IMG/VR virus record: IMGVR_UViG_3300035698_020241
Coordinates: 1 to 64,000 of that record
Reading direction: 5' to 3' (one strand)
Origin: a virus
DNA: 64,000 nt
Shown in pieces: positions 1 through 9,463 of this stretch (its first letter is position 1; each line of letters starts with the position of its first letter). The notes below the pieces were generated by a model. That model ran no database searches. It saw nothing but the letters and a program-made list of their open reading frames with translations, and was not told where the DNA came from. Made by a program: the position numbers and the translations under genes.

Positions 1-2
1 AC

Positions 3-755
3 GGAACATTAGCAGGTAATAGTGATGACGCTGTACCAACAGAACAGGCCGTTAAGGAATATGTTGACGCTCAGGTAATTGCAGACCATGATACAACGGC
101 AACAGGCACGGAACTAACAACACTAACCGACAATTCTATTGCGAATGCGTTGCATAGGCATAGTGAACTTGTTGCAAGTGATGGTACTCCTGATCCTGCA
201 TTAACCGTTGATGCTAATGGTGTTCTTATATTAACATCATTAGGAACAACCCAAACATCAGGAGGTCTTTATACAGGAACAACCGATCCTACTGACACAA
301 CAAGATTAAATTATGACGGTTACTTTTATGCAACTAGATGTTATAATCCAATATATAACGATATAGCAGATTTCCAGGATGTAATTGATGAAATAATACC
401 TGGTAAGTGTTACTATGATACATATGAAGGAGCTAAAATATGCACTGAAAGATGTCAAATGGCAGTTATGGGAATTGCCTCAGATACTTTTGGTCTAAGT
501 GTTGGTAGTGATAGTAATGAAGAAAAAATTCCAGTAGCGATTTCAGGATGGGTATTAGCTTATGTAGATAATATGTATCCTTGTGGAACACCATTAACAA
601 ATGATGAAAATGGACATCTAACTGAAATGAATAAAGAAGAAAAATGTTTATATCCAGAAAGATTGATAGCAACATATAAAAAATCTGAAAATTCTAAAAA
701 TTGGGGACCTGAAAATATAGATGTTAATGGTCGTCATTGGGTTAAGGTAAAATAG
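3..755 (+). CDS. Tail fibre/tailspike-like protein, C-terminal part (5'-truncated by window edge)
   Basis: The frame is open from position 3 (GTLAGNSDDAVPTEQAVKEYVD...), so the ORF-track start at 150 is internal. The VPTEQAVKEYVD motif is typical of phage fibre proteins. The C-terminus (DIADFQD...GIASDTFG...IPVAISGWV) resembles Peptidase_G2-type intramolecular chaperone domains. Confidence 0.6.
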   Translation, partial: GTLAGNSDDAVPTEQAVKEYVDAQVIADHDTTATGTELTTLTDNSIANALHRHSELVASDGTPDPALTVDANGVLILTSLGTTQTSGGLYTGTTDPTDTTRLNYDGYFYATRCYNPIYNDIADFQDVIDEIIPGKCYYDTYEGAKICTERCQMAVMGIASDTFGLSVGSDSNEEKIPVAISGWVLAYVDNMYPCGTPLTNDENGHLTEMNKEEKCLYPERLIATYKKSENSKNWGPENIDVNGRHWVKVK

Positions 756-767
756 GAGATTTTTGAT

Positions 768-3700
768 ATGACTGTAGGTACAGATGAATTTATAGCCGCA
801 ACAGATAAAAACACTTTAAAAGATTTATGTGATACCAAAGCTGTTGAAGCAGGAGTTGATGTAACTGGATTGAGTGATGTATCAGTAGGTGATTTAATAC
901 AAGCCTCATGGCATACAACACTTATTGATAAACATAATGATCTATCAGTTCTATCTAATGAAGAGGATTCTATACAAAGTACTGTATCCTCAGGTGATAT
1001 AATTACAGCAATTTTACACTCTACCATGTTGAGTCAATTGAATTCTATGACCTTTTTATTATTTCATGAATTTGAAAAGGTTGTCTGTGGTAATCATCAT
1101 TCAATGGCTATAGATGCTGACGGTGCAGGATGGTCATGGGGATATAATACTACTGGTCAGTTAGGAGATAATACATTAATTAGTAGGAGTATTCCAGTTT
1201 TAGTAGCTGGAGGTCATACATTTACAAAGATTGCCTGTGGTAATTATCACTCATTAGGAGTTGATTCTGCTGGTTCAGGATGGGCATGGGGAAATAATTT
1301 TTACGGGAATTTAGGAGATAATACAACTACTATTAAAAGTACTCCTGTTTCGGTTCATGGAGACCATATTTTTACAGAGATTGCAGGAGGAAATTCTTGT
1401 TCATTAGCTATAGATGTTAGTGGTGCAGGATGGGCATGGGGACATAATACTTACGGCCAATTAGGAGATAGCACAACTGTTAGTAAAAGCACTCCAGTTT
1501 CAGTTGTTGGAGGAAATGTATTTGAAAAGGTTGCCTGTGGTGATTATCATTCATTAGGAATTGATTCTGATGGTGCAGGATGGGCATGGGGACGTAATTC
1601 TTCCGGTCAGTTAGGAGATAACACAATAATTAATAAGAGCTCTCCAATTTCAGTTCATGGAGGACATGTATTTATAGAGATTGATTGTGGTGAATACCAT
1701 TCATTAGGAATTGATTCTGCTGGTGCAGGATGGGCATGGGGATATAATACTGTTGGTCAATTAGGAGATAATACAACTATTAATAAAAGCACTCCAATTT
1801 CGATTATTGGAGGTCATGTATTTGAAAATATTACAGGTGGTCGTCGTCATTCATTAGGAGTTGATTCTGCTGGTGCTGCCTGGGCATGGGGACGTAATAC
1901 TTATGGCCAATTAGGAGATGATACAGAAACAGATAGAAGTATTCCGGTTTCGGTTCATGGAGACCATATTTTTACAGAGATTTCAGGAGGGTATTCTCAC
2001 TCATTAGGAGTTGATTCTGCTGGTGCTGCCTGGGCATGGGGATATAATTTTTCTGGTCAGTTAGGAAATAATACAATAATTAATAAAAGTACGCCTGTTT
2101 CGGTACATAAAGGTTATGTGTTTGAAACAATAAATTGTGGTGATTATCATTCATTAGCTATTGATTCTGCTGGTGCAGGATGGGCATGGGGAAATAATAC
2201 TTACGGCCAATTAGGAGATAATACATTAACTAGTAGGAGTACTCCTGTTTCAGTTCATGGAGATCATGTATTTGAAAAAATTACCTGTGGTAGTAGTCAC
2301 TCATTAGGAGTTGATTCTGCTGGTGCTGCCTGGGCATGGGGACGTAATACTTATGGTCAGTTAGGAGATAATACAACTATTAGTAAAAGCACTCCAATTT
2401 CGATTATTGGAGGTCATGTATTTGAAAAGATTGCCTGTGGTGATTTTCATTCATTAGGAGTTGATTCTGCTGGTGCAGGATGGGCATGGGGTCATAATGG
2501 TTACGGACAGTTAGGAAATAATACATTTCTTTATAAGAGTATACCATTTTCAATAGTTGGAGGCCATGTTTTTACAGAGATTGCAGGAGGGTATTCTTAT
2601 TCATTAGGAGTTGATTCTGCTGGTGCAGGATGGGCATGGGGATATAATACTTATGGTCAATTAGGAGATAACACAACTGTTAGTAAAAACTCTCCTGTTT
2701 CTGTTATTGGAGAACATGTATTTGAAAAAATTGCCTGTGGTTATCAACATTCATTAGGAATTGATTCTGCTGGTGCTGCCTGGGCATGGGGACGTAATTC
2801 TTCCGGTCAGTTAGGAGACAATACATTAATTAATAAAAGTACTCCTGTTTCAGTAGTTGGAGAACATGTATTTGAAAAAATTGCTTGTGGTAGTTATAAT
2901 CATTCATTAGGAATTGATTCTGTTGGAGTAGGATGGTCATGGGGTCATAATGATTATGGTCAGTTAGGAGACAATACATTAATTAATAAAAGTATTCCTG
3001 TTTCAGTAATTGGAGAACATGAATTTACAGAGGTTTCAGGAGGGTATTCTCATTCATTAGGAGTTGATTTTGTTGGAGTAGCATGGGCATGGGGACATAA
3101 TACTTACGGCCAATTAGGAGATAATACAACTATTAGTAAGAGTAATCCTGTTTCCGTAATAATAAGAAATGTATTTACTAAAATTTCATCTTTTGGTGAA
3201 AGCACAATAGCCATAGATGTTAATGGTGCAGCATGGGCATGGGGAAATAATACTTACGGCCAATTAGGAGATAGCACAACTGTTAGTAGGAGTACTCCTG
3301 TTTCAGTTCACGGAGATCATGAATTTATAAAGATTAATAGTGGAAAATATCACTCATTAGGAATTGATTCTGACGGTGCAGGATGGGCATGGGGATATAA
3401 TACTACTGGTCAGTTAGGAGATAATACAGAAACAAATAGAAGTATTCCTGTTTTAATATCTGGAAGTCATGAATTTACGGAAATTTCTGGTGGTGATCAT
3501 CACTCATTAGGAATTGATTCTGATGGTGCAGGATGGGCATGGGGACTTAATACTTATGGCCAATTAGGAGATAATACAGAAACAAATAGAAGTATTCCAG
3601 TTTCGGTAGCTGGAGGTCATGAATTTACAGAGATTGCCGGTGGTTCTATTTATTCATTAACTATAGATGTTAGTGGTGGTGCCTGGGCATGGGGACGTAA

Positions 3701-4220
3701 TGATTATGGTCAATTAGGAGATAATACAATAATTAGTAAAAGCACTCCGGTTTCAGTTTACGGAGATCATATATTTAAAACAATAGATTCTGGTTATTAT
3801 CATTCATTAGGAGTTGATTCTGCTGGTGCAGGATGGACATGGGGATGGAACGATTTTGGTCAATTAGGAGATAACACAACTACTAGTAGGAGTACTCCAA
3901 TTTCGGTAGTTGGAGGACATGTATTTGAAAATATTACCTGTGGTTATCGTCATTCATTAGGAGTTGATTCTGCTGGTGCTGCCTGGGCATGGGGACGTAA
4001 TACTTATGGCCAATTAGGAGATAATACAGAAACAAATAGAAGTATTCCGGTTTCGGTACATAGAGGTTATGTAGTTGAAACAATAGATTGTGGTGATTTT
4101 CATTCATTAGCTATAGATTCTGTTGGAGTAGGATGGTCATGGGGTCATAATGATTATGGTCAGTTAGGAGACAATACATTAATTAATAAAAGTATTCCTG
4201 TTTCAGTACATAAAAATTAA
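768..4220 (+). CDS. RCC1/BLIP-II repeat beta-propeller protein (21 repeats)
   Basis: About 100-aa N-terminal domain followed by 21 repeats of about 50 aa, consensus F.kI.cG..HSLgiDsaGagWAWG.N..GQLGDNT...kStPvSv.g.h. Confidence 0.93.
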   Translation: MTVGTDEFIAATDKNTLKDLCDTKAVEAGVDVTGLSDVSVGDLIQASWHTTLIDKHNDLSVLSNEEDSIQSTVSSGDIITAILHSTMLSQLNSMTFLLFHEFEKVVCGNHHSMAIDADGAGWSWGYNTTGQLGDNTLISRSIPVLVAGGHTFTKIACGNYHSLGVDSAGSGWAWGNNFYGNLGDNTTTIKSTPVSVHGDHIFTEIAGGNSCSLAIDVSGAGWAWGHNTYGQLGDSTTVSKSTPVSVVGGNVFEKVACGDYHSLGIDSDGAGWAWGRNSSGQLGDNTIINKSSPISVHGGHVFIEIDCGEYHSLGIDSAGAGWAWGYNTVGQLGDNTTINKSTPISIIGGHVFENITGGRRHSLGVDSAGAAWAWGRNTYGQLGDDTETDRSIPVSVHGDHIFTEISGGYSHSLGVDSAGAAWAWGYNFSGQLGNNTIINKSTPVSVHKGYVFETINCGDYHSLAIDSAGAGWAWGNNTYGQLGDNTLTSRSTPVSVHGDHVFEKITCGSSHSLGVDSAGAAWAWGRNTYGQLGDNTTISKSTPISIIGGHVFEKIACGDFHSLGVDSAGAGWAWGHNGYGQLGNNTFLYKSIPFSIVGGHVFTEIAGGYSYSLGVDSAGAGWAWGYNTYGQLGDNTTVSKNSPVSVIGEHVFEKIACGYQHSLGIDSAGAAWAWGRNSSGQLGDNTLINKSTPVSVVGEHVFEKIACGSYNHSLGIDSVGVGWSWGHNDYGQLGDNTLINKSIPVSVIGEHEFTEVSGGYSHSLGVDFVGVAWAWGHNTYGQLGDNTTISKSNPVSVIIRNVFTKISSFGESTIAIDVNGAAWAWGNNTYGQLGDSTTVSRSTPVSVHGDHEFIKINSGKYHSLGIDSDGAGWAWGYNTTGQLGDNTETNRSIPVLISGSHEFTEISGGDHHSLGIDSDGAGWAWGLNTYGQLGDNTETNRSIPVSVAGGHEFTEIAGGSIYSLTIDVSGGAWAWGRNDYGQLGDNTIISKSTPVSVYGDHIFKTIDSGYYHSLGVDSAGAGWTWGWNDFGQLGDNTTTSRSTPISVVGGHVFENITCGYRHSLGVDSAGAAWAWGRNTYGQLGDNTETNRSIPVSVHRGYVVETIDCGDFHSLAIDSVGVGWSWGHNDYGQLGDNTLINKSIPVSVHKN
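1071..4217 (+). repeat. Tandem array of 21 coding repeats of about 150 bp
   Basis: Visible DNA periodicity. 2916-3008 is identical to 4116-4208 (93 nt), and 1845-1919 is identical to 3948-4022 (75 nt). Confidence 0.95.
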
Positions 4221-4394
4221 GGAAAAAAGTATTGATGTTATAGTAAAAACAACTAATAATTATGAATTTATGATTATTTCTGGATATTCAATATATACTT
4301 ATAATGCTGATGATTTTCTGGTAAGTTTAAAGGAATTTCTTACTAATCCAAAAAATGATACTATAACTTTATTAAAAATAAATTGCTGAATTTG

Positions 4395-4423
4395 TTTACA
4401 AATATAAAATTTTAATGTATAAT
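4395..4423 (+). promoter_or_regulatory. Sigma70-type early promoter
   Basis: TTTACA-N17-TATAAT with TG immediately upstream of the -10 box. Confidence 0.85.
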
Positions 4424-4454
4424 TATAGTATAATTTTATAATAAGGGAGAAAAA

Positions 4455-6074
4455 GTGAAAAGAGCAATAGTAACAATTTGTATAGGTGAAGATTATAAGA
4501 AGATTTCAAAAATAACACATCCTAGTATAAAAAAGTATGTAAAAAAATTAGGTAAAGATGTTGAATTCATAGTTATTAATGAGGATTATAAAAAAGAAAT
4601 AATATCTCCTCATTGGGTAAAATTTGAATTATTTAACCTACTAAAATTATATGACAGAATAATTTATTTAGATACAGATTTAATAATAAGGGAAGATTGT
4701 CCTGATTTATTTAAATTAGTACCAGAAGGTATGATTGGAATGTATGAAGAAGGTAAGCATGTTAGTAGAATATCTTCTTTAACCGAGGCTTCACTTGCAT
4801 ATGAACAAAAAATGAAAGTGAAACAAATAGATGCTAGATATTACAATACAGGTGTAATGGTATTATCAAAACAGCATAAAAGCCTTTTTGTCCCTGTTGA
4901 ACAAAAAAAGTTAGGCATGTACGAACAAGGATATTTAAATCTAAAAATAAACAATGATAAAATAAAGAATATATACGAATTAACCTACCATTTTAACAGA
5001 ATGGAAATGATAGATTCTCTAACAGGAGAAAATAGATTAGCATCCTATATTATTCATTATGCAGGACTTATTGATTCATATGGTATAGATAATGTATTAA
5101 AAAATATGGAAGGTGATTTAGAACAATGGTCGAAAGATAGTCCAGAGTTTAAATATAAAAGAAATATTATGATTAAAGTTGGTGGCGGTCTTGGTGATCA
5201 AGTATGTGCAGAACCAGTAATTAGATATTGTTTAGATAGATATTGGAAAGATGATAATGTAGAAATTTTAAGTGATTGGCCAGAACTATTTAACCATCTT
5301 GGTTGTAAAGTGTATGATAATGAAACCTATAAAATATCCAGAGATAATAATGCAAGATATATAGGTCACACACTTCCATTAGATGACGCTGTTTTATGGG
5401 GAACCTGTTCACAAACAACAATGCATCAAACAGATTTTGCCGCATTAAGTATTTTGAAAAGATATCTACCTGATGCTGAAAAAGAAATACAACTACACTA
5501 TAATGATCAAGATTTAGATTTTGTAAAAAAATTATATGATGTTGATTTAAAAACACTTATTCTTATACATCCAGGTAAAGGTTGGAAAAGTAAAACATTT
5601 CCCGTAACCTGGTGGAAAAATGTTATAGATGGACTAACTAAAAATGGTTATAATGTTGGTATAATTGGAAAAACTAACCCAGATGATGATGGTCAAGGTT
5701 ATGTTGATACTGATATTGACGGAACTTATGATTTTAGAAATATGTTATCTATAAAACAACTTATAACTATAATAAGTCAAGCACCAGTTCTTATTAGTAA
5801 TGATTCTTCTCCTGTTCATATTGCAGGAGCATTTGATAACTGGATTGTATTAATACCGACCTGTAAACATCCTGATTATATCTTACCTACAAGAAAAAGA
5901 TCCAAATATTATAAATCAGTTGCCTTATATAAAAAACTAACCATTGACTCTTATGATAGTTCACCAACATCATTGACATATCATGGTGAAATAAATAAAG
6001 TAGAAGGCGATATTGAAACATACTTACCTGATCCAAATTTCGTAATAAAAAATGTCGCAATCATGATGAAATAG
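4455..6074 (+). CDS. Two-domain glycosyltransferase (GT8-like GT-A plus GT9/heptosyltransferase-like GT-B)
   Basis: N-domain: WVKFELF, IIYLDTDLII (DxD), YYNTGVMVL, EQGYLN, IIHYAG. C-domain: GGGLGDQVCAEP, ILIHPGKGWKSKTFP, ISQAPVLISNDSSPVHIAGAF. Confidence 0.85.
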   Translation: MKRAIVTICIGEDYKKISKITHPSIKKYVKKLGKDVEFIVINEDYKKEIISPHWVKFELFNLLKLYDRIIYLDTDLIIREDCPDLFKLVPEGMIGMYEEGKHVSRISSLTEASLAYEQKMKVKQIDARYYNTGVMVLSKQHKSLFVPVEQKKLGMYEQGYLNLKINNDKIKNIYELTYHFNRMEMIDSLTGENRLASYIIHYAGLIDSYGIDNVLKNMEGDLEQWSKDSPEFKYKRNIMIKVGGGLGDQVCAEPVIRYCLDRYWKDDNVEILSDWPELFNHLGCKVYDNETYKISRDNNARYIGHTLPLDDAVLWGTCSQTTMHQTDFAALSILKRYLPDAEKEIQLHYNDQDLDFVKKLYDVDLKTLILIHPGKGWKSKTFPVTWWKNVIDGLTKNGYNVGIIGKTNPDDDGQGYVDTDIDGTYDFRNMLSIKQLITIISQAPVLISNDSSPVHIAGAFDNWIVLIPTCKHPDYILPTRKRSKYYKSVALYKKLTIDSYDSSPTSLTYHGEINKVEGDIETYLPDPNFVIKNVAIMMK

Positions 6075-6119
6075 TGAGGTACTACTAATCCGTCAACTTA
6101 ATTATTTCAACAATTTATG

Positions 6120-6148
6120 TTTACATTTTATTGAAAATGATATATAAT
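6120..6148 (+). promoter_or_regulatory. Sigma70-type early promoter
   Basis: TTTACA-N17-TATAAT. Confidence 0.85.
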
Positions 6149-6159
6149 AATAATATAAG

Positions 6160-6642
6160 TTGCGAATAAGAGGAGATATGTTAAAAAAAGGAAATTATTA
6201 TGTAAGAAATAAAGATTTAGTTCCAGAGATTCATAAATATAAAGAAACTGGAAAGATATCAGAAGAATTAGGATCTATGATATTTAAGATCGCTAAGAAC
6301 TATGCCAATAAAGGTAGTTTTTCCAGATATACTTGGAAGGAAGACATGATTGGTGAAGCTGTGCTGACCTGTGTGAAATATATTCATAACTTTGACCCCA
6401 GTAAACAAAAACATCCAAACCCCTTTGCATACATAACAACTATATGTCACAATGCCTTTATCAATTTCATTAGAAAACAGAAAAGACATTCTGAGATAAA
6501 AGATAGATGTTTCAAAAAGGTACAAGTTATTGAAAATTTCACAGGGTATGTAGTAAAGGGTATCAATTATGAATTGATAAAACCAGAAGTAAAAATTAAG
6601 AAAAAGAAAAAACTAGAGGAGAGTACAAAGAATGACAAATGA
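6160..6642 (+). CDS. gp55: T4 gp55-like late-transcription sigma factor (likely start ATG 6178)
   Basis: YVRNKDL...KIAKNYANKGSFSRYTWKEDMIGEAVLTCVKYIHNFDP...NPFAYITTICHNAFINFIRKQK. GGAG RBS before 6178. Located upstream of gp47 as in T4-like phages. Confidence 0.85.
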   Translation: MRIRGDMLKKGNYYVRNKDLVPEIHKYKETGKISEELGSMIFKIAKNYANKGSFSRYTWKEDMIGEAVLTCVKYIHNFDPSKQKHPNPFAYITTICHNAFINFIRKQKRHSEIKDRCFKKVQVIENFTGYVVKGINYELIKPEVKIKKKKKLEESTKNDK

Positions 6643-6859
6643 TGTAGAAGAAAAAATAGAAGATGTAGCACCTCAACAAGAAGTAGATTTCAAAGCTCTT
6701 TTTATCAAAGAAAGATATGAAAGACTTCAAATTGAAGGAGCAGCTATACAAAAGAGATTTGCTGAAATTCAAAGAGAAATGGGTGATATTGAAAAAATGA
6801 ATAAAGCAGCAGAAGCAATAAGTACAACAGAAACGCCAGAAGTGCCAATAGAAGGTTAA
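6632..6859 (+). CDS. Small coiled-coil hypothetical protein
   Basis: ORF with GGAG RBS, overlapping the gp55 stop. Confidence 0.6.
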   Translation: MTNDVEEKIEDVAPQQEVDFKALFIKERYERLQIEGAAIQKRFAEIQREMGDIEKMNKAAEAISTTETPEVPIEG

Positions 6860-6863
6860 AATA

Positions 6864-7856
6864 GTGGAAAAATTGTTATTAATAACTGATTCACATCTGG
6901 GGATAAAAAACTCCTCTAGTGTATGGCATAAAATTGTGATAGAAATCTTCAAAGAAGTATATGATTATTGTACCAAAAATGATATAAATCGTGTATTACA
7001 TTTAGGGGACTTTTTTGATAATCGTCGGTCATTGGATGGTAGAACATATGAGGCCGCCGGTGAGATAGTTGATATAATGAGAGGCCTTCCAATGGATATC
7101 ATAACTGGTAACCACGATACATACTATAAGAATAAATTGAAACCATCATTCTTAGATATTTTCAAGGATGAAAAGGACATAACAATTATTGATGAAACAA
7201 TTCAATATAGTGATGATATAGTAATAGTACCATGGAACAGTCCTATAGATGAGAAATTTGAAGGCAAGCATTTATTTGGACACCTTGAACTTAATGGTTA
7301 CAACATGAACAGTGGTTATGTTTGCAAGAGGGGAGAAGAACCAAGTAAATACTTGAATAGGTTTGAGAATGTGTTTTCGGGTCATTTTCATGCCCCATCT
7401 GATGATGGCAGGGTAACATATCTTGGCGCTCCTTATCAACAAACTTTTCATGATAAAGATGGTAAACGAGGATTCTATACTTTTGAAGATGGTGAGTTGG
7501 AATTTATAGAGTGTAATGTAGGACCTAAATTTATAGAACTACACACTGAGGACCTTGACTTATCTAATATAAAAGGTAACATAGTTAAAATAGTATTTGA
7601 TAGGAACTATGGTACTAATGAAAACAATAAATTGGTGGAAGAGGTCTCTATGAAAGAGCCTTTTCAAATGAATGTAGATTTTTCCAATGTTTCTGATGTG
7701 GGCACAGAGGAAGTTATGGAGGATTCAATTTGTGAGTTAGTGGATCATAAAGATATAATGATAGACTATATGAAGAAATCCGATCCTCCAGAGAACATCA
7801 ATTTAAAAATGGCGATTATGATGGTAACAAAACTTATGGAAGAGGTGAAAATATAA
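6864..7856 (+). CDS. gp47: gp47-like recombination endonuclease subunit (Mre11/SbcD family)
   Basis: Metallophosphoesterase motifs ITDSHLG, HLGDFFD, ITGNHD, FGHLE, FSGHFH, YLGAPYQ. Confidence 0.92.
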   Translation: MEKLLLITDSHLGIKNSSSVWHKIVIEIFKEVYDYCTKNDINRVLHLGDFFDNRRSLDGRTYEAAGEIVDIMRGLPMDIITGNHDTYYKNKLKPSFLDIFKDEKDITIIDETIQYSDDIVIVPWNSPIDEKFEGKHLFGHLELNGYNMNSGYVCKRGEEPSKYLNRFENVFSGHFHAPSDDGRVTYLGAPYQQTFHDKDGKRGFYTFEDGELEFIECNVGPKFIELHTEDLDLSNIKGNIVKIVFDRNYGTNENNKLVEEVSMKEPFQMNVDFSNVSDVGTEEVMEDSICELVDHKDIMIDYMKKSDPPENINLKMAIMMVTKLMEEVKI

Positions 7857-8107
7857 TGGTAATGGAACCAGGAATATATCATCAAGGTGTGCCATATAGA
7901 AATAAAGAACCAGAAACTTTTACAGAAGGTGATACATATTTTAATATTGACGCTAATAATGGTTCTGTAAAAATGTATATGTCTATAGGTGGTGAATGGA
8001 AACAATTACAAAATGCACCAACACCTTTTATAGGATACGATGAACCTATGATTGATGTATTGGATGATGAGCTGTTTGAGTTGAATATACAAGAGGTGAA
8101 ACAATGA
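7856..8107 (+). CDS. Hypothetical protein
   Basis: Translationally coupled ORF ending near an acidic DDELFEL motif. Confidence 0.55.
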   Translation: MVMEPGIYHQGVPYRNKEPETFTEGDTYFNIDANNGSVKMYMSIGGEWKQLQNAPTPFIGYDEPMIDVLDDELFELNIQEVKQ

Positions 8108-8652
8108 TAAATGAAGGAATAAGTTCAGCTAGTATACAAAATGATACTTATAATTATAATGGTACAAATGATGCTTATAATTATAATTATACTAGTGATG
8201 TTATAGTAGATACAGATAATTATATAACATCACATGGTCATGGAGAGTATACTAGTGATGTTATAGTAGATACAGGTAATTATACAATAATAAATGATGA
8301 TGGAGAATATAATCCTAATACTGAGTTATCAGATTATTCATATTATACTCCAGAAACCGTTAATGCTGCAACTATTGAATTTACGACTGTAGATACACAA
8401 GCAAATATAACTTTGAATGATGATATGTGGTTTAATACCAGTGATGATAGAAAAATAAGTTTAGAACAAATAGTAGCAACAATGGATGCCGTGAAATTAT
8501 TAGGAGACATATTCAAGCATGTACAATTTAAGCCTGCTATATCTAAGAGCTTAATGAGATTCATGGAAATTGCCAAAAACTTACCAGATGTAACAGAGCC
8601 GATTGAAAAGGAAAAACCTGAACATATAGAAAAGGAACTCTTTGAAATTTAA
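8104..8652 (+). CDS. Hypothetical low-complexity protein with internal repeats
   Basis: ATGA overlap with the previous gene. A 60-bp repeat encodes YTSDVIVDT twice. Ends EKELFEI. Confidence 0.6.
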   Translation: MINEGISSASIQNDTYNYNGTNDAYNYNYTSDVIVDTDNYITSHGHGEYTSDVIVDTGNYTIINDDGEYNPNTELSDYSYYTPETVNAATIEFTTVDTQANITLNDDMWFNTSDDRKISLEQIVATMDAVKLLGDIFKHVQFKPAISKSLMRFMEIAKNLPDVTEPIEKEKPEHIEKELFEI

Positions 8653-8653
8653 G

Positions 8654-8682
8654 TTTACTTTTATCTTAAATTATGTTATTAT
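8654..8682 (+). promoter_or_regulatory. Sigma70-type early promoter
   Basis: TTTACT-N17-TATTAT with a TGT extension. Confidence 0.7.
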
Positions 8683-8699
8683 TAAAATAATAACTATAA

Positions 8700-9428
8700 G
8701 TGGAGGTAGTAATGAAATTTTTCTTTTCGTCAGGAGCTATGGGCTATCATGGTGAAGGTTGGAAATGGCACAAGTTATTTGGATATAAGTTTCCAAATTT
8801 TCCTGTGATAACAAAAACTATAACTTTGAGGCCAAAAAAGGGATTGCCTTTTGCTATTATACCTTTCGGTAAATCCGTATGGAATAAGAATATGTGGAGT
8901 AATATGGGGTTTCATGCATGGAAGGATACATGGGATAGAATATGGCATGAAAATAGACCTTTGATCGTATCTCTTGGTGGAACAGATAGAGAAATGCAAA
9001 CTATGTGCAATGGCCTGTATAGATGTAACGGTATTGCAGGTGTTGAACTGAACTATTCCTGTCCAAATGTAAAAACCTTAAATTACAGACTCCCTGATAC
9101 GGATTATCCCCTATACCTGAAGCTTAACTGTACTCAGAGTCCTCTGTGGTATAGAAACCATTTTGACAAAATTGAACGAATACATATTAATTCAGTACCA
9201 AAATATTGGGGTGGTATATCTGGAAGAATGGCTAGAAAAGATAACTGGGATTTCATTAGAAGAATGATAAATGCTAGAGAAATACCAATACCAATTGCAG
9301 GATGTTCATTTTATGATAGAAAGGATATAGACACATTAAGTGAAATGGGTATAAAATATATAGGGGTGGGCTCAACTATAATAACGAATCCTAAATTAAT
9401 AGAAGGATTACAAGACTATATAATATGA
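8700..9428 (+). CDS. Dihydroorotate dehydrogenase-like FMN TIM-barrel protein (likely start 8712)
   Basis: SSGAMG, ITKTITL, N..G (WSNMG), PLIVSLGG, ELNYSCPN (catalytic Cys motif), LYLKL, GGISG, IGVGS. Confidence 0.7.
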   Translation: MEVVMKFFFSSGAMGYHGEGWKWHKLFGYKFPNFPVITKTITLRPKKGLPFAIIPFGKSVWNKNMWSNMGFHAWKDTWDRIWHENRPLIVSLGGTDREMQTMCNGLYRCNGIAGVELNYSCPNVKTLNYRLPDTDYPLYLKLNCTQSPLWYRNHFDKIERIHINSVPKYWGGISGRMARKDNWDFIRRMINAREIPIPIAGCSFYDRKDIDTLSEMGIKYIGVGSTIITNPKLIEGLQDYII

Positions 9429-9463
9429 GATTTATACAAAAAATGGAGTAATTAAAAGTTTTA

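Noticed and set aside
768-4220. RCC1 array as a CRISPR array or a complete DGR
   Set aside because: The repeats are in-frame coding units without unique spacers, and no cas genes, reverse transcriptase or template repeat are present in the window.
4210-4414. Open frame after the RCC1 stop (KSIDVIVK...NIKF*) as a frameshift extension
   Set aside because: It would need a +1 shift with no clear signal, shows no recognisable motif, and runs over the next promoter. It is likely chance in AT-rich DNA or an unsupported small ORF.
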